DNA of 64,000 bases from Eledone cirrhosa. Lineage: Eukaryota. Below the pieces are notes generated by a model. The model was given only the letters and a program-made list of their open reading frames with translations. It had not been told where the DNA came from and searched no databases. Of this stretch, positions 38,018 to 52,184 are shown piece by piece (within the stretch, counting starts at the first letter, position 1; each line of letters opens with the position of its first letter). The translations under genes and the position numbers were made by a program. The stretch covers positions 378,386,001 through 378,450,000 of the forward strand of contig OZ024740.1 in assembly GCA_964016885.1 (NCBI GenBank), in the 5' to 3' direction.

Positions 38018-39499
38018 TGTTTTCTTTATTTTGAACTTCAAAGTATTATGCATCAAGCTCTTTCAAAAACACCCTATATTAACTATATTTTCTTGGGGAT
38101 AGCTAAGAATTAAAATAAGTTCAGAGAAAAGAAATTTAATTGTATTAATTGCACTAAAGTGGCTAACATCTGTAGCAGATCTCAATGAAAGCTATAGGCT
38201 ACTCAGAAAACCTGTTTGAAGCATTACTATGTAGGTTACATAATCAATACACAAGACTAGATCAATAATAAGATGGTGGCTACACTTGGATATGGGTGTT
38301 AGACTTAATCCATCACCTAGTTTAGCACCACTACCTGGCCCTTGGGTGTCTTTAGTGGAGTTGACTTTGTTAGAAGCATTTGGACCAGATCTCCAGTTTC
38401 AGGATACCTTTATAGGCCATGCACAATATCATCAATAACTAAAAAGTAAAAACAAGATGAAATGTTAAATAATAAAAAAAATTTGAAAATGTATTGAGAA
38501 AAGTTGAAGGTTGTAGTTGCCTCTGATAAACTAAGGAAGAGTCTGATAGGCTTAAAAACATTGTGTTGTAGAGTGAAAACCACAGAAGTTGTTGTATTGC
38601 AGATAAAGCCAATCCATTCCATAATATAAAATGGATATTTAAATAATAATGAGAACACTGATGAAAATAGTGATGAAATTATTTAGTTTTTACTTTTGAT
38701 TATGTGTGTGTGCATTATATAATGTGTTGCATATTGAATGTACAAAAGAAATCATTTTATTGCAGTGGCATAAATTATATTGTTTGCTCTGATAATAATA
38801 TATCAGAATAAATATTTTATGGTATTAAATATTTTGAGTTCAAATATATGAAGTTAATCATGACAGTGAACTGTAATCAGTCTGATTGAAAAAGCAAAGT
38901 AGTGAAAATATCAGTCAAGTGAAACTATCTGGATAATTACATTTTAGAGAATTTATTGTGTCATGCTTCAATTTTCTTCAAAATTGATAAATCTTGAACA
39001 AAGAATATATGGCTTACATGTCCATATCATAATAATAATAATATGTTTCTAATATAGTTTCTCTCTTAGTTCTGTAAAATTACAATGCCTCTTTATCCTG
39101 TCTGTTCTGGTAAAGCTTTCTTTCAGTTTAATCACCTCAGTGTAGTTAGTCTATCAGGTAAAATTATCACAATGTCTATAAACTGATTCTCCAATTTGTT
39201 TGTTTTGTTTTATTTTTTGTATTCCATTTGATTAAACTTTTTAAACTTAGGGAACAGTTCTACCTAATTAGCTAAGGATGGAAGCCATTTTTTCCTCTCT
39301 CCCACCCAAACCTCAACACGTAGTTAACACATACTTTGTACCTCTGGCAAGACCAGTTATATTGTACACTTTTTACACTCTATGTGGGTAATATTTATAT
39401 ACACATGTGCATGTGTAAATAGGTGCACCTAGGTAAACACCCATGCTGCTTCTCTCTCTCACTTTAGGCTACAATAAACTTAGTGATCGGTTGTAGTTT

Positions 39500-40560
39500 T
39501 CAGATGCTTTTCCTGGCAATAAATACAAAGTTATCATTGCCAGTGACCAGTTCAGTATTCCACTATTTCATACTTTCCTTAATGAACTGTCTCATATTTA
39601 TTGCCACTCCAAACATTTGCACTGATTTTTCAATCCAACTGTGAGGCACCATATCATACACCTTGTGATACTATACCCATGCAATTCCCAGTGATGTTAA
39701 TCTCCTCTTACAATTCTTCACTATAATTTTGTCAATTAGTAATTAATCCTTGGTACCCCTACTTTTTCTGCTTCCTTTCTGCTATCATGGCAACAAGTTT
39801 TTCTCCTCCAAATGCCTATTCAATTCTTCAGCTAATACACCTGTTAATAGTTTCCATAACAGAGGTAGACAAGTGTTCCATCTAAAATTGGGTGCTGTAT
39901 TTCCTTTCCTATTTCCTTCACACAGTGTAATGTTCTGCTAGTTACCATTCATTTCAGCACTCTATTTTCCTGGAGACATCCATCCAATTAATTTACTATT
40001 CTACTGTGTATTGATGTCAGGTTCTTAATCCATTATCTTAAATACCATCTGGTCCTGGGCTTTTCCAGTTAGACGTTCTCATTTCTTTATTTCTCAAATC
40101 AATTTGTACATTTTCTTGCAGATCCATTTTTTCCAACCAATCTGTATTCTCATTATGTCTTACTGACTGATCCTACATTTCACTCCAAAATAGCTTACCC
40201 TCATCTGCATCAGGTACAACAGTTTCCCTTTTTCGTCCCTCCAATTCATCAAACAACTTTTTCTGATTTGATTCAAATAGCCAAATCTGTCTTAACTGCT
40301 TTGTTCTGTTGTCATACCTTTCAATTTTTGCATCTACAACCATTAGCTTCTGTTGTACTTCCTCGTGCAAAACTTCAACACCTATTTGTTGAACATAATA
40401 GGTTCTTTCAAGCTTTTTTTTGCCCTCCTCCTCCTCCCAAATCCTGACATCAATGTCCAACTTGTTTTAGCCCACATTGTAGCACACCTTCTCCTGTTAT
40501 CCATACAGCCACTACAACAAGCAGGGTGCTGCTGTAACCTTTAGGAACTATTTTTTTTAC
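39500..40560 (-). pseudogene. R4/Dong-like (restriction-like endonuclease) LINE RT relic
   Basis: KIERY...QLRQIWLFESNQKKLF...FWS, NWKSPGPDG, YDMVPHSWI. Confidence 0.75.
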
Positions 40561-40849
40561 TCCTCTTTGAGGATTTGTTCTTTGCTCTCAGCATTAGCTT
40601 TTCATTTAAATACTTCTATATTTACAATGAAGCATTCTCTGATTCATCATTTTTGTTATGAATCACTACTCTACTGTCCTTTCTATATACAATACCAGCC
40701 AGATAGAATATAGTGGATCTGGTCTAAAAATTTGTGAGATCCCACTTTTGTTGTCATTTTTGTACCTCCCAAGATGCCTTACACCCCTCATATTTTTGGT
40801 TTAATCTTTCATGCAGCCATTCTATACTGCCTTCCCAGGGCACAGTTAA

Positions 40850-41040
40850 CTCAACCATAAGAACTTTTTTGTCAAGTTAATCCATGCCATAAAGTCAGAA
40901 GGTATCATTATAGTAATATAGCTTGGGAATATAATTTCTTTTTCAAATATATTTGCATCTTCCATTAAGTCATTAGCATTATGCAGAAGTATCACTCCAG
41001 CCATACCATTTAATATTGGTTTGAGAAGGAAACACATCAT
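40850..41040 (-). pseudogene. Very old mariner-like relic
   Basis: GVILLHNA (like GVILLHDNA) followed at a plausible spacing by PSY...IPSDF (like PPYSPDLAPSDF). Confidence 0.35.
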
Positions 41041-42423
41041 ACACTCTTTCAGGAGAAATTGTTTCTTTTGTTTTGCTGTCTTCCATCCATGCTGCCCTAT
41101 TACTGCTCCTTTTTAATATAATGAATTACTGTTTCTTGCCTTCCTTTGTTATTCTGGTAGGATACCCATTTGTTCTGTATTCGGCCCATCGTTGATGGTG
41201 TGTTCTGAACTAATCCTATTTTAGAAGTTCAAAACTTTGACATAACCACATACACGAACGTGTGCGTGCATGCGTGTGTATGTTTTTCTTATGAAATAAA
41301 ATGTTTTCAGTTCAGCATATTCTTCATATTAGAAAAATAGTGATATAAGTGCAGTTGTGTATGATATATTTTATTTATTTAAGTGTTAAAAAAAATAGCA
41401 TTGATGGCATTCTGCCATACACATTTATGTCCGTGTGTGTGTATGTGTTGTGTATATCTGTAAGAATTAGCATCAGAGGCTAAGGTCAACTTCAAGTAAA
41501 TATGTATTTCCTCAGACTTGAAGCAATATAGTAGTTTATAAGCAATCAGAAGATAGCTAGTGTCAAAATGTTGGTAGAAGGCCAGAAAGAAGAATCTTTT
41601 CATGACTCAAAAGATTACTATTCCTAGTTTGTCCATTGGTGTGTTATTTTAGGTAATTTTTGTTGTTAGATTGTTTTTAATGAAAAATTACAACCGTCTT
41701 TCTTTTTGCGCAGTAAAAGTTGATAAAATGCAAATGTAATAAAACTGTAAAAGGTTTGATGTAATTTAAATTTAAATATATACTTAGATAACAATAAAAT
41801 CTTTGATAACAATGGATACTTTGATAAAAATAACTTTTTGATAACATTATTTGTGATGATAAATAAGAGGTTCCCTCAGTATCTTAATAATTTTTATTTT
41901 TGTCCTTTTATTGTTATGAAGTGAAATAACTCTTTCATTAATTTTGATTTATCCTATTTTAAGAGATATAAGATTCACTGGTGTATACTTTGAAGAAAAA
42001 TAAATATCAATATTGCTATTAGTTAAGTATTATCATTTCTATATTCATACTTTTGGAGTGTAGGATGCAGGCAAATTTTTGGGTGCATCTTATATACTGA
42101 AAAATATGTTAAGTATTTTCTCATGAATAACATTTCAAAAATTACATTAATAAATAAATTGACAAGCAATACGCTTATGATTTGTAAGTGGTATGTTAAA
42201 AGAGATGCTAGAAGTTTTGAGAAGTTCTGACTTTGTTGATGACATGGAGATTAACTATATGTATGAAGGATTGATTTGATTATATATGTAAAGCATGATG
42301 TTCTTTGGTAGGGATTCACAAATAATGAAAGTAGGCAAAATGCAACAACTTAACATATGATGTAATATTGATAATAATATAAAAATATGACAGGGATAAA
42401 ATAAATATTTTGATAACAGATTT

Positions 42424-42700
42424 CCCACGGGTACAAGCCGAAGCTGAACATATAGACAATATGCCCCCCCCCCCCCCACTGTAAAGTGGTTGTGGAGGTG
42501 CCACGGCAAAAAAGCACTCAGCACTCACTGTAAATGAGGTTGGTGTTAGGAAGGGCATCCAGCTGTAGAAATCAAGCCAGAATCAGTTCCCATATGAGCA
42601 AGACAAGGTCAGCCGACCGGACACTGCTCACAACAGGACAACCCTTCTAACCCATGCTAGCGTGGAAGAACAGACGTAGAGCGGTGATGATGATGATGAT
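42424..42700 (+). mobile_element. RTE family A 3' UTR only
   Basis: Near-identical to 52985-53312, with an internal deletion. Confidence 0.88.
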
Positions 42701-43461
42701 ACCCTTATTCATAATTATAATAGACAGTTTCCATTGTGTTTTATTAAACCCTAATGTTCAATCATCTTCAATTTCAAATTAAAAAGATGTTACTAATATT
42801 CAGAAAAACAGTCAATAGTTTCCAGAAGAAAATATCTATTTCTTGTTTGCTGTATTTTCTTATTCAAATTGAATAATTTTCTTGTATGTATTTACTAGCA
42901 TAATTAAAATGAGTAAAAGTATCTAGGAGACACTGTAATGATAGGAAGGAATCTAGCCATAGAAACCATGTGAGAAATGAGATGTGTGTGACATAGTTCC
43001 TGTGCCATAGTTCCTGTACCATTTTGAAGGTAACTCTGAATAAGTTTTGATTTGCCACCATGGAAAAAGCAGATGTAAAATGATGATGATGTTGATGTTT
43101 CTTATACATAATACTTTATGGCTCAGAAAAAAGCATGCAAGTACTCATACAATTAAGCCATTATTCACAAAAAGAGAAAAAGCAAGTGTAAATCAGTATC
43201 AATATCATTGATGGATAGCAAAATTTCTTTCTAGCTTTCTCATAGTTCATCAGAAGAATTTTTTAATGAAATATTGGGCAATAATGTTAGGGGGGCAAAG
43301 TATTATCTGGAAATTGATGCTGATTTTAGATTAAACTTAGTGATCACTTAATGTAGCTCCAAGTGCTGCACTCAAAAGAATTCAACATGTACAGGCTGAA
43401 ATAATTATTTACATGCCTAGTATAAAAGTAAAATAGTCAGTTTCAAAAATATCTCTTAGTG

Positions 43462-43988
43462 TAGAGGCTCTCAATTTGGAGTAAATTTATCCCCAGAGGG
43501 TAAATTTTGTCTACTCAAAGAGTAAATTTGCTGATTCTGGATTTGCACATAGTTTTTTCTTTTTCTTTTTCAATTATAATTAAAAACAACTTGACATCAA
43601 GAAAGAAAATTTGAAGAGGCCTATTTTGTTTATTAAAATATTAATTTGTTCATTTTCTACCATTTTAAATTTAATCAAATGTATGAGCCTCATTGATTAT
43701 ATGAACATTGACTGATTGTATTTAGTACTGGTACCATTATCGGTTCATCATTAGTTGTTCATAAGTGAAATATTGTTGTTTTGAACTATTAGTGGTATTT
43801 AATATAAAACCTAAAATATTAAATAATGTTAGTATATAACCTAAAATAATAACATAAAACAGACTATTGTCAGTTGGTATATTATTGTAGAGATGTAAAT
43901 CAAATTACTGAACAAAACAAGTTAGGAGTAAATTTACTTTTGAATAGTTGCAATAGAGTAAACGAGGCGAAAATGCTTGAAAACCTTT
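43462..43988. mobile_element. Putative hAT-type non-autonomous element
   Basis: Ends TAGAGGCTCTCAA / TTGAAAACCTTTG; subterminal GGGGTAAA and GAGTAAATTT motifs at both ends. Confidence 0.4.
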
Positions 43989-44814
43989 GACTTTATAACT
44001 TGGAAAATTGCCAAGTCATTTTACATTCAAAATAAACACTGGTATTTAACTCCCCCTAACCTTCTCCCTCTCACATGCAGAGATGGGGAAATGGACGTTA
44101 AATAATGAAGATATTTTCTTTTGCTCATAGTTATTGAGTAAAGCAGTTTATTTTACATATTTGTACTTACACTGGTAACTAATTTATTCTATTTGGGAAG
44201 GTATTTATTTTTTCATTGAAAAATTTCACTATGGAAAATCCTGATTGATATTTCAGATACAAAGTTTACTTTTTTGTAATTTATTTTAAATGTCAAGGTT
44301 TTAGATGTGATTTTGAGGTTAAAAGTTTAGACCTAGGTGTTGAACTTCTCAAAAAGTTTAGAAATATATTTCAAATTATGTATTTAATATAAATTAACGA
44401 AACAAATTCCTTATTATTGTTTTTTTCTGATAAAGTGTGTTTAGTAGAAACAGGGCTGAATTCTAACTGTTTTCAATTAAACCTATTTGAAGAGTATGTT
44501 AATTTTTGTTTGATAGTATTTTGTTGCTGAATAAAAGCAATATTAGATATTTATTTAAAATGTTATTAAACATTAATGCTGAAGGATATCATCATCATCA
44601 AAACTGTTTAATGTCTACTTTCAATGCTTGCATGGGTTAGACAGGTTGTCATGATCTGAGGCTAAGCTGGTCAAGTGACCATGTCTTGCTCAGAAATTCT
44701 GTTTTCAGCTTGATTTCTATGGCTTGATGCCCTTTCTTCCTGCTCAAATGCTGGCCTTCTGTCTAAATTAGAATCTATTATAACTTATACAAAGTAGAAT
44801 TTGAAGTAGAATTT

Positions 44815-44985
44815 GAAGAACTTTGGACTAAATATCTTGCAGTATTTGATTTAATCCTACTAGGCTAATTTTACCTTCCATCCTTCTGGAGTTGATAAAA
44901 TATGTACCAGTCAAATACTGGGATCGATATAAATGACTGTTCTCCCTAACCTCCGAAATCTCTTGGTCTTATACCTATATTAAAA
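44815..44985 (+). mobile_element. Degenerate SINE, family A
   Basis: ACCTTCCATCCTTCTGGAGTTGATAAAATATGTACCAGT. Confidence 0.65.
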
Positions 44986-46140
44986 ATAATTATGACCAAT
45001 ATAAAAAATTAGAGAAAAGAAAGTCCAACCCTTTCTAGTAGTGAAAATTGACATTAAACAACAATGATGATGATAATAAAAGAATGTAGTTGTGCCAAAA
45101 AGAATACCTGACAGAATGATTGTTAAAAAATAATTAAAATACTAAAGCATATAATAGAGTTGAAAATAGCTGAGGAAGAAGATAATGAATATCTAGTTAT
45201 TTATTCATAATTGAATAAATTTTGCCAGTACCTATAAATAAATACTCTATTCCAGGACAAATTATATTATCAACTCAAAATACTTCAGAGCTGAAGAAAT
45301 TCTAGAATTTTGACATGTATCCAAGATAGATACCCGAATAGTGGTTTATTTCTAGCAGACATGGAGTTTTCAACTTGTATATACAAGGAAGTAACTCCTG
45401 GTGGAATCAGAGGCAGATGTTGAGGATAAGCAGAGATTATAATCATAGAAAAGATAGCCAAGTATATCTAATATATATATATAAAAAATTAAAAGTTAAT
45501 TGTTTATTTCAAACAGCTGAAAGCAGTTACAGAAGAAAGAGAGAGAGAGACGTGGGCATTTTCTATTTCAAGAAATTTACTGGCATCAATTTCAGCAATT
45601 CAGCCAATTCTCAATCTTTTAGCTGCTTTCTTATTTTTTTTATACACTAAAAACTACACATTATTACACCTGAGTTTCTACCATAAATACCATTTTATTC
45701 ATATTTATTCATATAATCATACATATGATGATGATGATATATTAATATATTAGAAATCCATTAGGAATATATAAACGACCATTTAAAGGAGCTAAGGTTG
45801 TTTTGTACAGTTCATATTTTTAAATTTCTTTTGGCAAAGATGGTGCAGTGTCTAGACAAAGGAAGCAGATGTCTTATATTATCTTGTTTTATATTTCCTA
45901 TTTCCATTTTCAAACCTTATTGGTATTGACTTTGTTTCATTCTTCCAAGGTACATAAAATAAGTCTCATTGATAAACTGGAATTTGATCAATTGATTACT
46001 CTCAATAAAAAAAATGGCTGAATTTAGTAAAAGTAATTCAATATTCTAAAACTTTTTCTGATTTTGTAAAGATGACATACAAGTTAAGTTGTTATTGTTA
46101 TTCAGCTTGTGTGAGTAGTTTTAAATAGTCAGACACACTT

Positions 46141-46594
46141 TTAACCCTTTTGATACCAAACTGCTTAAAACTGCACCTAATTTATATTTATTTGAAAGCA
46201 CCCATTATAATTTTATGTAAAAACCTTTGTGTCAAATATTAACTTAATAATTGTTTTTACTTTATGCACAAGGCCAGCAATTTGAAGGGAAGGGGAAAGT
46301 TGATTAAATCAACCCCAGTGCTCACTGGTTCTTTATTTTATCGACCCTAAGGATGAAAGGCAAAGCTAACCTCCTCGCAATTTGAACTTAGAACATAAAG
46401 GGCCGTAACTCTTTGCTACGAAACATGGTGTCCGATGCCCTACCGATTCTCCCAATCCACTGCCCTAAACATCAACTTAATAATAGGAAAATCAGTTATA
46501 TTGCTAAATCCCTCCAAATTCTTGATTATTTTCAAAATTATTTAAAAACATTAAGCAGTATCTTTTAATAGAAATATTGTAACAAAAGAGTTAA
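46141..46594. mobile_element. TTAA-flanked MITE (piggyBac-like) interrupted by a SINE; related copies about 58548-58779 and 60294-60531
   Basis: TTAA-CCCTTTTGATAC ... GTAACAAAAGAG-TTAA; internal CTAAATCC.TCCAAATTCTTGATTATTTTCAAAA shared with 58690-58722. Confidence 0.65.
46254..46467 (-). mobile_element. SINE family A with TSD
   Basis: Same sequence as 1670-1877; AACTTAATAAT duplicated at 46241-46251 and 46474-46484. Confidence 0.85.
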
Positions 46595-47209
46595 GATTGT
46601 AGGGTACTATTTGAGGGGGAATTCATTTGGTAATTCTTGTAGGTCAAGTGAATTCATAGGGACTGCCTCATTGGTTCATGTAAATTGCTTGCTGTAAATT
46701 AAATTACTGCTAATGGGAAGGATTAAATAGCCCCCCCCCCCCCCCCCCCCCAATATGAATTATCTAATTCATGCATTTGTGCAGTCTTACATTAACAATG
46801 GATTTAAAAAATTACAGGTTAGATGAAGCATCAAAACAGAAATATAAAAACAAAATTGAGAGCAGAGTATATTATCTCTATAATGAACGTAAGCTTTAAA
46901 GACTGATAATTTCACCTTAAATAGACAGTCATTAATCTGAATATGGAATATAGTATAGTTACTGACATTTTTACTGTTGAGTATAAAATATATACAAAAA
47001 CCTCTATTTTTTTATGGCCATAGTCTAATGACTGAAACAAGTAAAAGTATAAAAGAATATATATATATAAATAAATAGAGAGAGAGGGGGGAGAGGAGAA
47101 AAGATATAAAATATGTGATTAATAGCCTTTTATCTTAATATTACATTAATAGTCCATAGAAAATACATAGTTACAAAGTAATTACTCTCTCTCTCTCTCT
47201 CTCTCTCTT

Positions 47210-48318
47210 TTCTTCGCCTACTTATTTCTAAGAGGGTCGTAGGTGCAGAGTCCTCAAACACTCCTTCCAGTGAGTCTTGTCAGAAGCAACCATCTCCAAC
47301 TGATCTGGCTTGATCCCCAAGCGTGACCAGACATGCTCATGGGTGTTATCCAGCCATCTTGCTTGGGTTTACATCTGGATCTCTTGCCAGTTAGTTTTGC
47401 TTGTAAAATCTGTCCAGCGATTCTTTCCTGAGACATTCTGACCACATGCTCATAGTATCGGAACTTTGATCTCTCAATTCAGAGAAGTAGCGGCTCTACC
47501 TGGTGTGATTCTCTGATCTCCAAGCTATGCACTTTATTGAGTAACGTTACTCCAAAGACCCTTCAGAGGAATTATATTTCGGCCACTTCTATTCGCAATC
47601 ATATTCTTTCAGTCATTACCCAAGATTCATGACAAAAACTGAATTGAATTCTGATTACTGAATGTTGAAGCTGGTGCATTACTGCACCAGCTTTTGCAAT
47701 TTTTGCACTTAATTCAGCCTCCTGCCTTCCAGCAACCGTGAACACGGCCCTGAGAAACTTGAACTTCTCTACCTGCTTCAGTGGAACTCCATTTACATGG
47801 AGCATGCACTGCACAGGCTTCCTTGAGAGGATGAGTGTTTCAGTTTTCGCAGCACTAATTTTCCTTCCAGCCATGCAGAACTTGGCATCAAACCTATCAA
47901 GTGCATATTGAAGATCATCTTCTGTCGAGTTAAGTAACACCATGTTGAGTGCAAATTTCAGCCGACGGATTTTACACCTGCCAGTCATGATACCACTTCC
48001 AATCTGGCTGCACATGTCAATCCTGTCCATGCAAATAATGAACAGGGGAGGTGACAGTATGCACCCTTGGTGGAGTCCGACTTCCCCATTGAATGGTTTC
48101 AATTTATCACCATTTATCTGAATACAAATACTTGGGCATAGAGACATCAGGGCAGCAAGAAGCTGACCATCAATACCATATTCCTGCACAGCCTTTCACA
48201 GCAGGTCCCGAGGAAAACGGTCATATGCCTTCTCAAGATCGACAAAAGAAGAATATACTTCTTGGCAATACTCCCACGATTTCTCAAATACCTGCCACAG
48301 TCTGAATATTTGATCAGC
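47210..48318 (-). mobile_element. RTE family C, RT and 3' end
   Basis: DQIF...FVDLEKAYDR, GLHQGCILSP, KQVEKFKFL; (GA)n at the 3' end. Confidence 0.88.
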
Positions 48319-48319
48319 T

Positions 48320-48895
48320 GTGCAGCATTAGATGTAGTTAAGACAGAGTCATATATCCTGATAGGAGACTTCAATGCACATGTTAGCACTGATGACCTGA
48401 CATGGAAAGGAGTGATTGGAAGGTATGGCGACCCTGATCTGAATATGAATGGAGAGGCCTTGCTAGACTTCTGTTCTAGCAATGGACTCTCTATTATGAA
48501 CACCTTCTTCCAGCACAGAGACATCCATAAATATACATGGTATATAGGGAATCAGGGACAGAAATAAATAATTGATTTTGTAATTGTCTCTCATCTATTT
48601 AACTCTGTGCTGGATGTTCGTGTTAAGAGAGGAGCTGATCACCATCTAGTTATCTGCAACTTGAGACTACCTAAAGCCAAAGAAGTTCACAAAACCTTCA
48701 GGTCCAGAGCGACCTACAGGATAAAGTGGGAAGCATTGGTGGATAAGGAAGTTAGGACCAGGTATGCAGATACTATTGCATTTAAATTCAGAGAACTCCC
48801 TGAGCAAACTGAGGACATTGAGACAGAGTGGAGATTGCTCAGCGCAGCAATTTTTGCTTCAGTTGTTAAATGCTGCAGGCAAAAGAGGCTTGGTG
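48320..48895 (+). pseudogene. RTE APE endonuclease fragment, inverted relative to the adjacent RT
   Basis: ILIGDFNAHV, NGEALLDFC, NTFFQHR..HKYTW, IDF, DHHLV. Confidence 0.88.
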
Positions 48896-49969
48896 TGGCA
48901 CCACATGTATTTGGTGCATTTTATTGTGGCACTAAAACTAGGGAGGTTGCCGTGTTCCAAGGCAAACATTTTTGAGAGGAAGAATTTTTGATTAACTGAA
49001 ATTATTTCTGCAATGAGAAGAATTTCTTTTGAAGAGTGAGGGCACAGAGTCAATAATTTCTAGGTATTTTATAATCTAAAAAACAAAACAAAAAAAACAA
49101 TAATCATGGAAAATAACTCATTAATATCAGCTGATTCAATTTTGTTTTTAGGAATGGATCTTGTTTTTAAAACTTGTTTCTAAACATCTTATTAAATCTG
49201 AATTGAGAATGCTTTACTGATCAAATCTAACAAGCTTGAACCATATTTACTGTTTTTAACAATTAGCTTAAAGACACTATCCACTCATAACTGCATTGTT
49301 GTTATTTTCTCATATATTGTTCTTTTTCTTATTACATATTGTCATCAATACAAGTGCAGAATTTTATCTTGCATAAAATACTGAAAAATACTAATTTTCA
49401 ATTCTGTTTCTTTATCCATATTTCACATACATGAACATACAAAGTTTATCTGAGAGAAAAGCTATGCTTGAATGAATTAAGAAAACAATTATATATTGAA
49501 GGAATGACATTGTGCAGGAATGATGAGTGTGATTGGATGGTCATGTAATGAAAATGCATAACATATGCAGGGAATATATTGGGGGCGTTGGCAGTACATG
49601 ATGGGGAAAGGAATCTGAAGGAAATAAAGGCAATTAGTGCAATCTGAGAATGCTGGAACTGACAATAGTTTACACAATATATATTGTTACAAACCCTTCA
49701 AATTTATGTAACCATGGAACAAGGAAAAGGTTCATTAAAATAACCTCATACATATATACACTAACATAGACAAATAGACAGGCAGACAGATAATAGCACA
49801 CATGCATGTAAAATACAAGAATGAAACCAAAAGAAATAGATAATTCCAGGGTTGGAATCAAATTCTTAACGTTTATTTAATATCGAAGACAAAGAAATTT
49901 TAAACATTCAAGTTATATAAATTTATGTGTATATATGTGCATGTGTACATGTGTGTGTGTATATACATA

Positions 49970-50017
<48 letters not shown>

Positions 50018-50031
50018 CATGTTTACATGTT

Positions 50032-50074
50032 CTGTCTGAAGATGTAAATTACAGACAAAACTTGTAAGTAACTG
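50032..50074 (+). ncRNA. Decayed minimal hammerhead (PLE pLTR fragment)
   Basis: CUGU-CUGAAGA-UGUAAAUUACAGAC-(A)AAA-CUUGUAAG-UA-ACUG; GAAA is AAAA here (CpG-type change); near-palindromic stem III. Confidence 0.45.
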
Positions 50075-50779
50075 TTACAATTTTCTTCGTGAAATAAAAT
50101 CTGTACCTTGTTATTTGTATTGAGTACTCATTCAGTTAATGTTTATCTATGTTGAATTATACTTAAAGCAACTACTTTAATGTGCATGTATGTATGTATG
50201 TATGTATACATGTATGTATGTATGTATACATGTATGTATGTATGTATACATGTATGTATGTGTGTGCATCTATGTATTTATAACATATATTTTGTGTGTG
50301 TGAAGGTGTCTGTCTAAAACTTAAGTTGTTAAATGAAGGAAAATAGCTTTTTCATTAAGTCTTTTCAATATCAACCCCTTTTACACTAAAATTGGAACAT
50401 TATCCAACTTATATGAAAATAGTTCTGTATGGAGCTAATTACTGTGATGCTATTAATGATACTGTACCAGAATGTTTCTGTAAAGTATTAGAATTTCCAA
50501 GGCTAGCCTATTAGTAACCTGTCAAAGTATTTAAGATACTGGATCATGTTTTAATAACGTTACTGGATTACACACTATTACCATATCAATAGTACACACT
50601 TATGAGTAATGAAGCAAGAAAGTTTGTGTGTATTTATAGCATACATATATTTTGTGTGTTTGTAGGTATGTCTAAAACTTAAGTTTATGTATGCATGCAA
50701 CAAAATTATTATACTATTAACATTATATATGTTGTGGAGGTGAGAAATATGCTGTAAGGACTTACATTATTCTATGTAC

Positions 50780-50860
50780 TATACATGCACCTTTGATGAG
50801 TTGTAGTGCACCTGAGCACTGTACACAATAATTTCATTATTATTATTATTATTATTATTA
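50780..50860 (+). mobile_element. CR1 extreme 3' end
   Basis: GATGAGTTGTAGTGCACCTGAGCACTGTACACAAT followed by (ATT)n. Confidence 0.85.
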
Positions 50861-51756
50861 TGTGCATACCATTATAACAATACTGCATTAATAGATTGTA
50901 TATAAAACTAGTAGAAGCATGATACTACAATATACAACATGGTAAATATACTGTAATATAAAATATTATAATGAATTGCTTATTAACTTTATAAAAGTAT
51001 TTTACATGGGTGATTGTTAATAGTTCTTGTATACTTAGTTAATATTACAGAAATAAACTGAAGACTTAATAAGACAAATATACTTTTATATTAGTGTGAA
51101 AATGTCAATAATTTAAATCTTTTAAATTAAAACAATGCATGTACTTAATGAAGGGTTTAGTAGCACTTTTTATTTTCTAAATTATATAATTTGTTTACAT
51201 TTTGTTTGATCATATGTTGTAAAATAAATCTAGTTCCTCTCTTTTGATATGTTTATTCTTAACATAACACCAAAAATATTCTAAAGAAGTTTAAAATGTA
51301 TAATATTCTTGAATGTCCTAAAACAATCTTTATAATTAGATATTCCTTGTAAAATAATTAATGAGAGAACTTATGAATGTTCTCACATTCATAATGATGA
51401 AATATATTAAACAAAGTTTTCATGTAGTCAAAGGTAATAGATAGCATCATACCTTTTCAAGGAGTGGGTCATCAAAGAATTCTATAAAAGACTTATTGTT
51501 GTGTTTAAGTTTTTTTCTCCCCTGAGTTTATGTATGTAAATAGTTATTCTTCATTCTTGAGGTTCTTGTTTGTATAGCAATCCATAATTGAGGAAGTAAG
51601 TGTTTCAGTTTAGTGGCTGACTGATAGTAATGTAATGCCAGCCAAATATACTAGTCCAGTGTTGAGACATACCACAGTTAAGGAGAAGGGCAGCAGAGAA
51701 AGAAAGGGAGGGAAATGTAGTGAAATTAATGTTAGATTTATATAAAGAGAAAAAAC

Positions 51757-51761
<5 letters not shown>

Positions 51762-51813
<52 letters not shown>
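51762..51813. repeat. (GA)n microsatellite
   Basis: Direct reading. Confidence 0.95.
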
Positions 51814-51817
<4 letters not shown>

Positions 51818-52184
51818 AAAGGAGTAAATGTGCATGGAAGGAACAAGTTTTTGGGAAAAAAAGCAAGATTTATAAGATAGATGAGCAAGGAAGAAAGACT
51901 GAGGGGGAAAGTGAGGGGGTACTGTTAGAAGATGGGAGAAAACACAGAAACAGCTATAAAAGGACAACCACAAGCCTTGAAAAGCAAACATGTGTATGTG
52001 TACACACACATACAAGAAATCTTACAAGTTATAACAGACAAGTAAAAGGGTTGGCATCAGGAAGGGCATCCATTTATAAAACACTGTCACAAAATGTCCT
52101 GCCCAACCTATGTCAAAATAGAAAAACAGCTGTGAAAATGCTGATAATGATATGTATATGTAAATGAATATATATATATATATA

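Noticed and set aside
51760-52167. 135-aa RE-repeat ORF
   Set aside because: (GA)n microsatellite plus an RTE-UTR-like repeat
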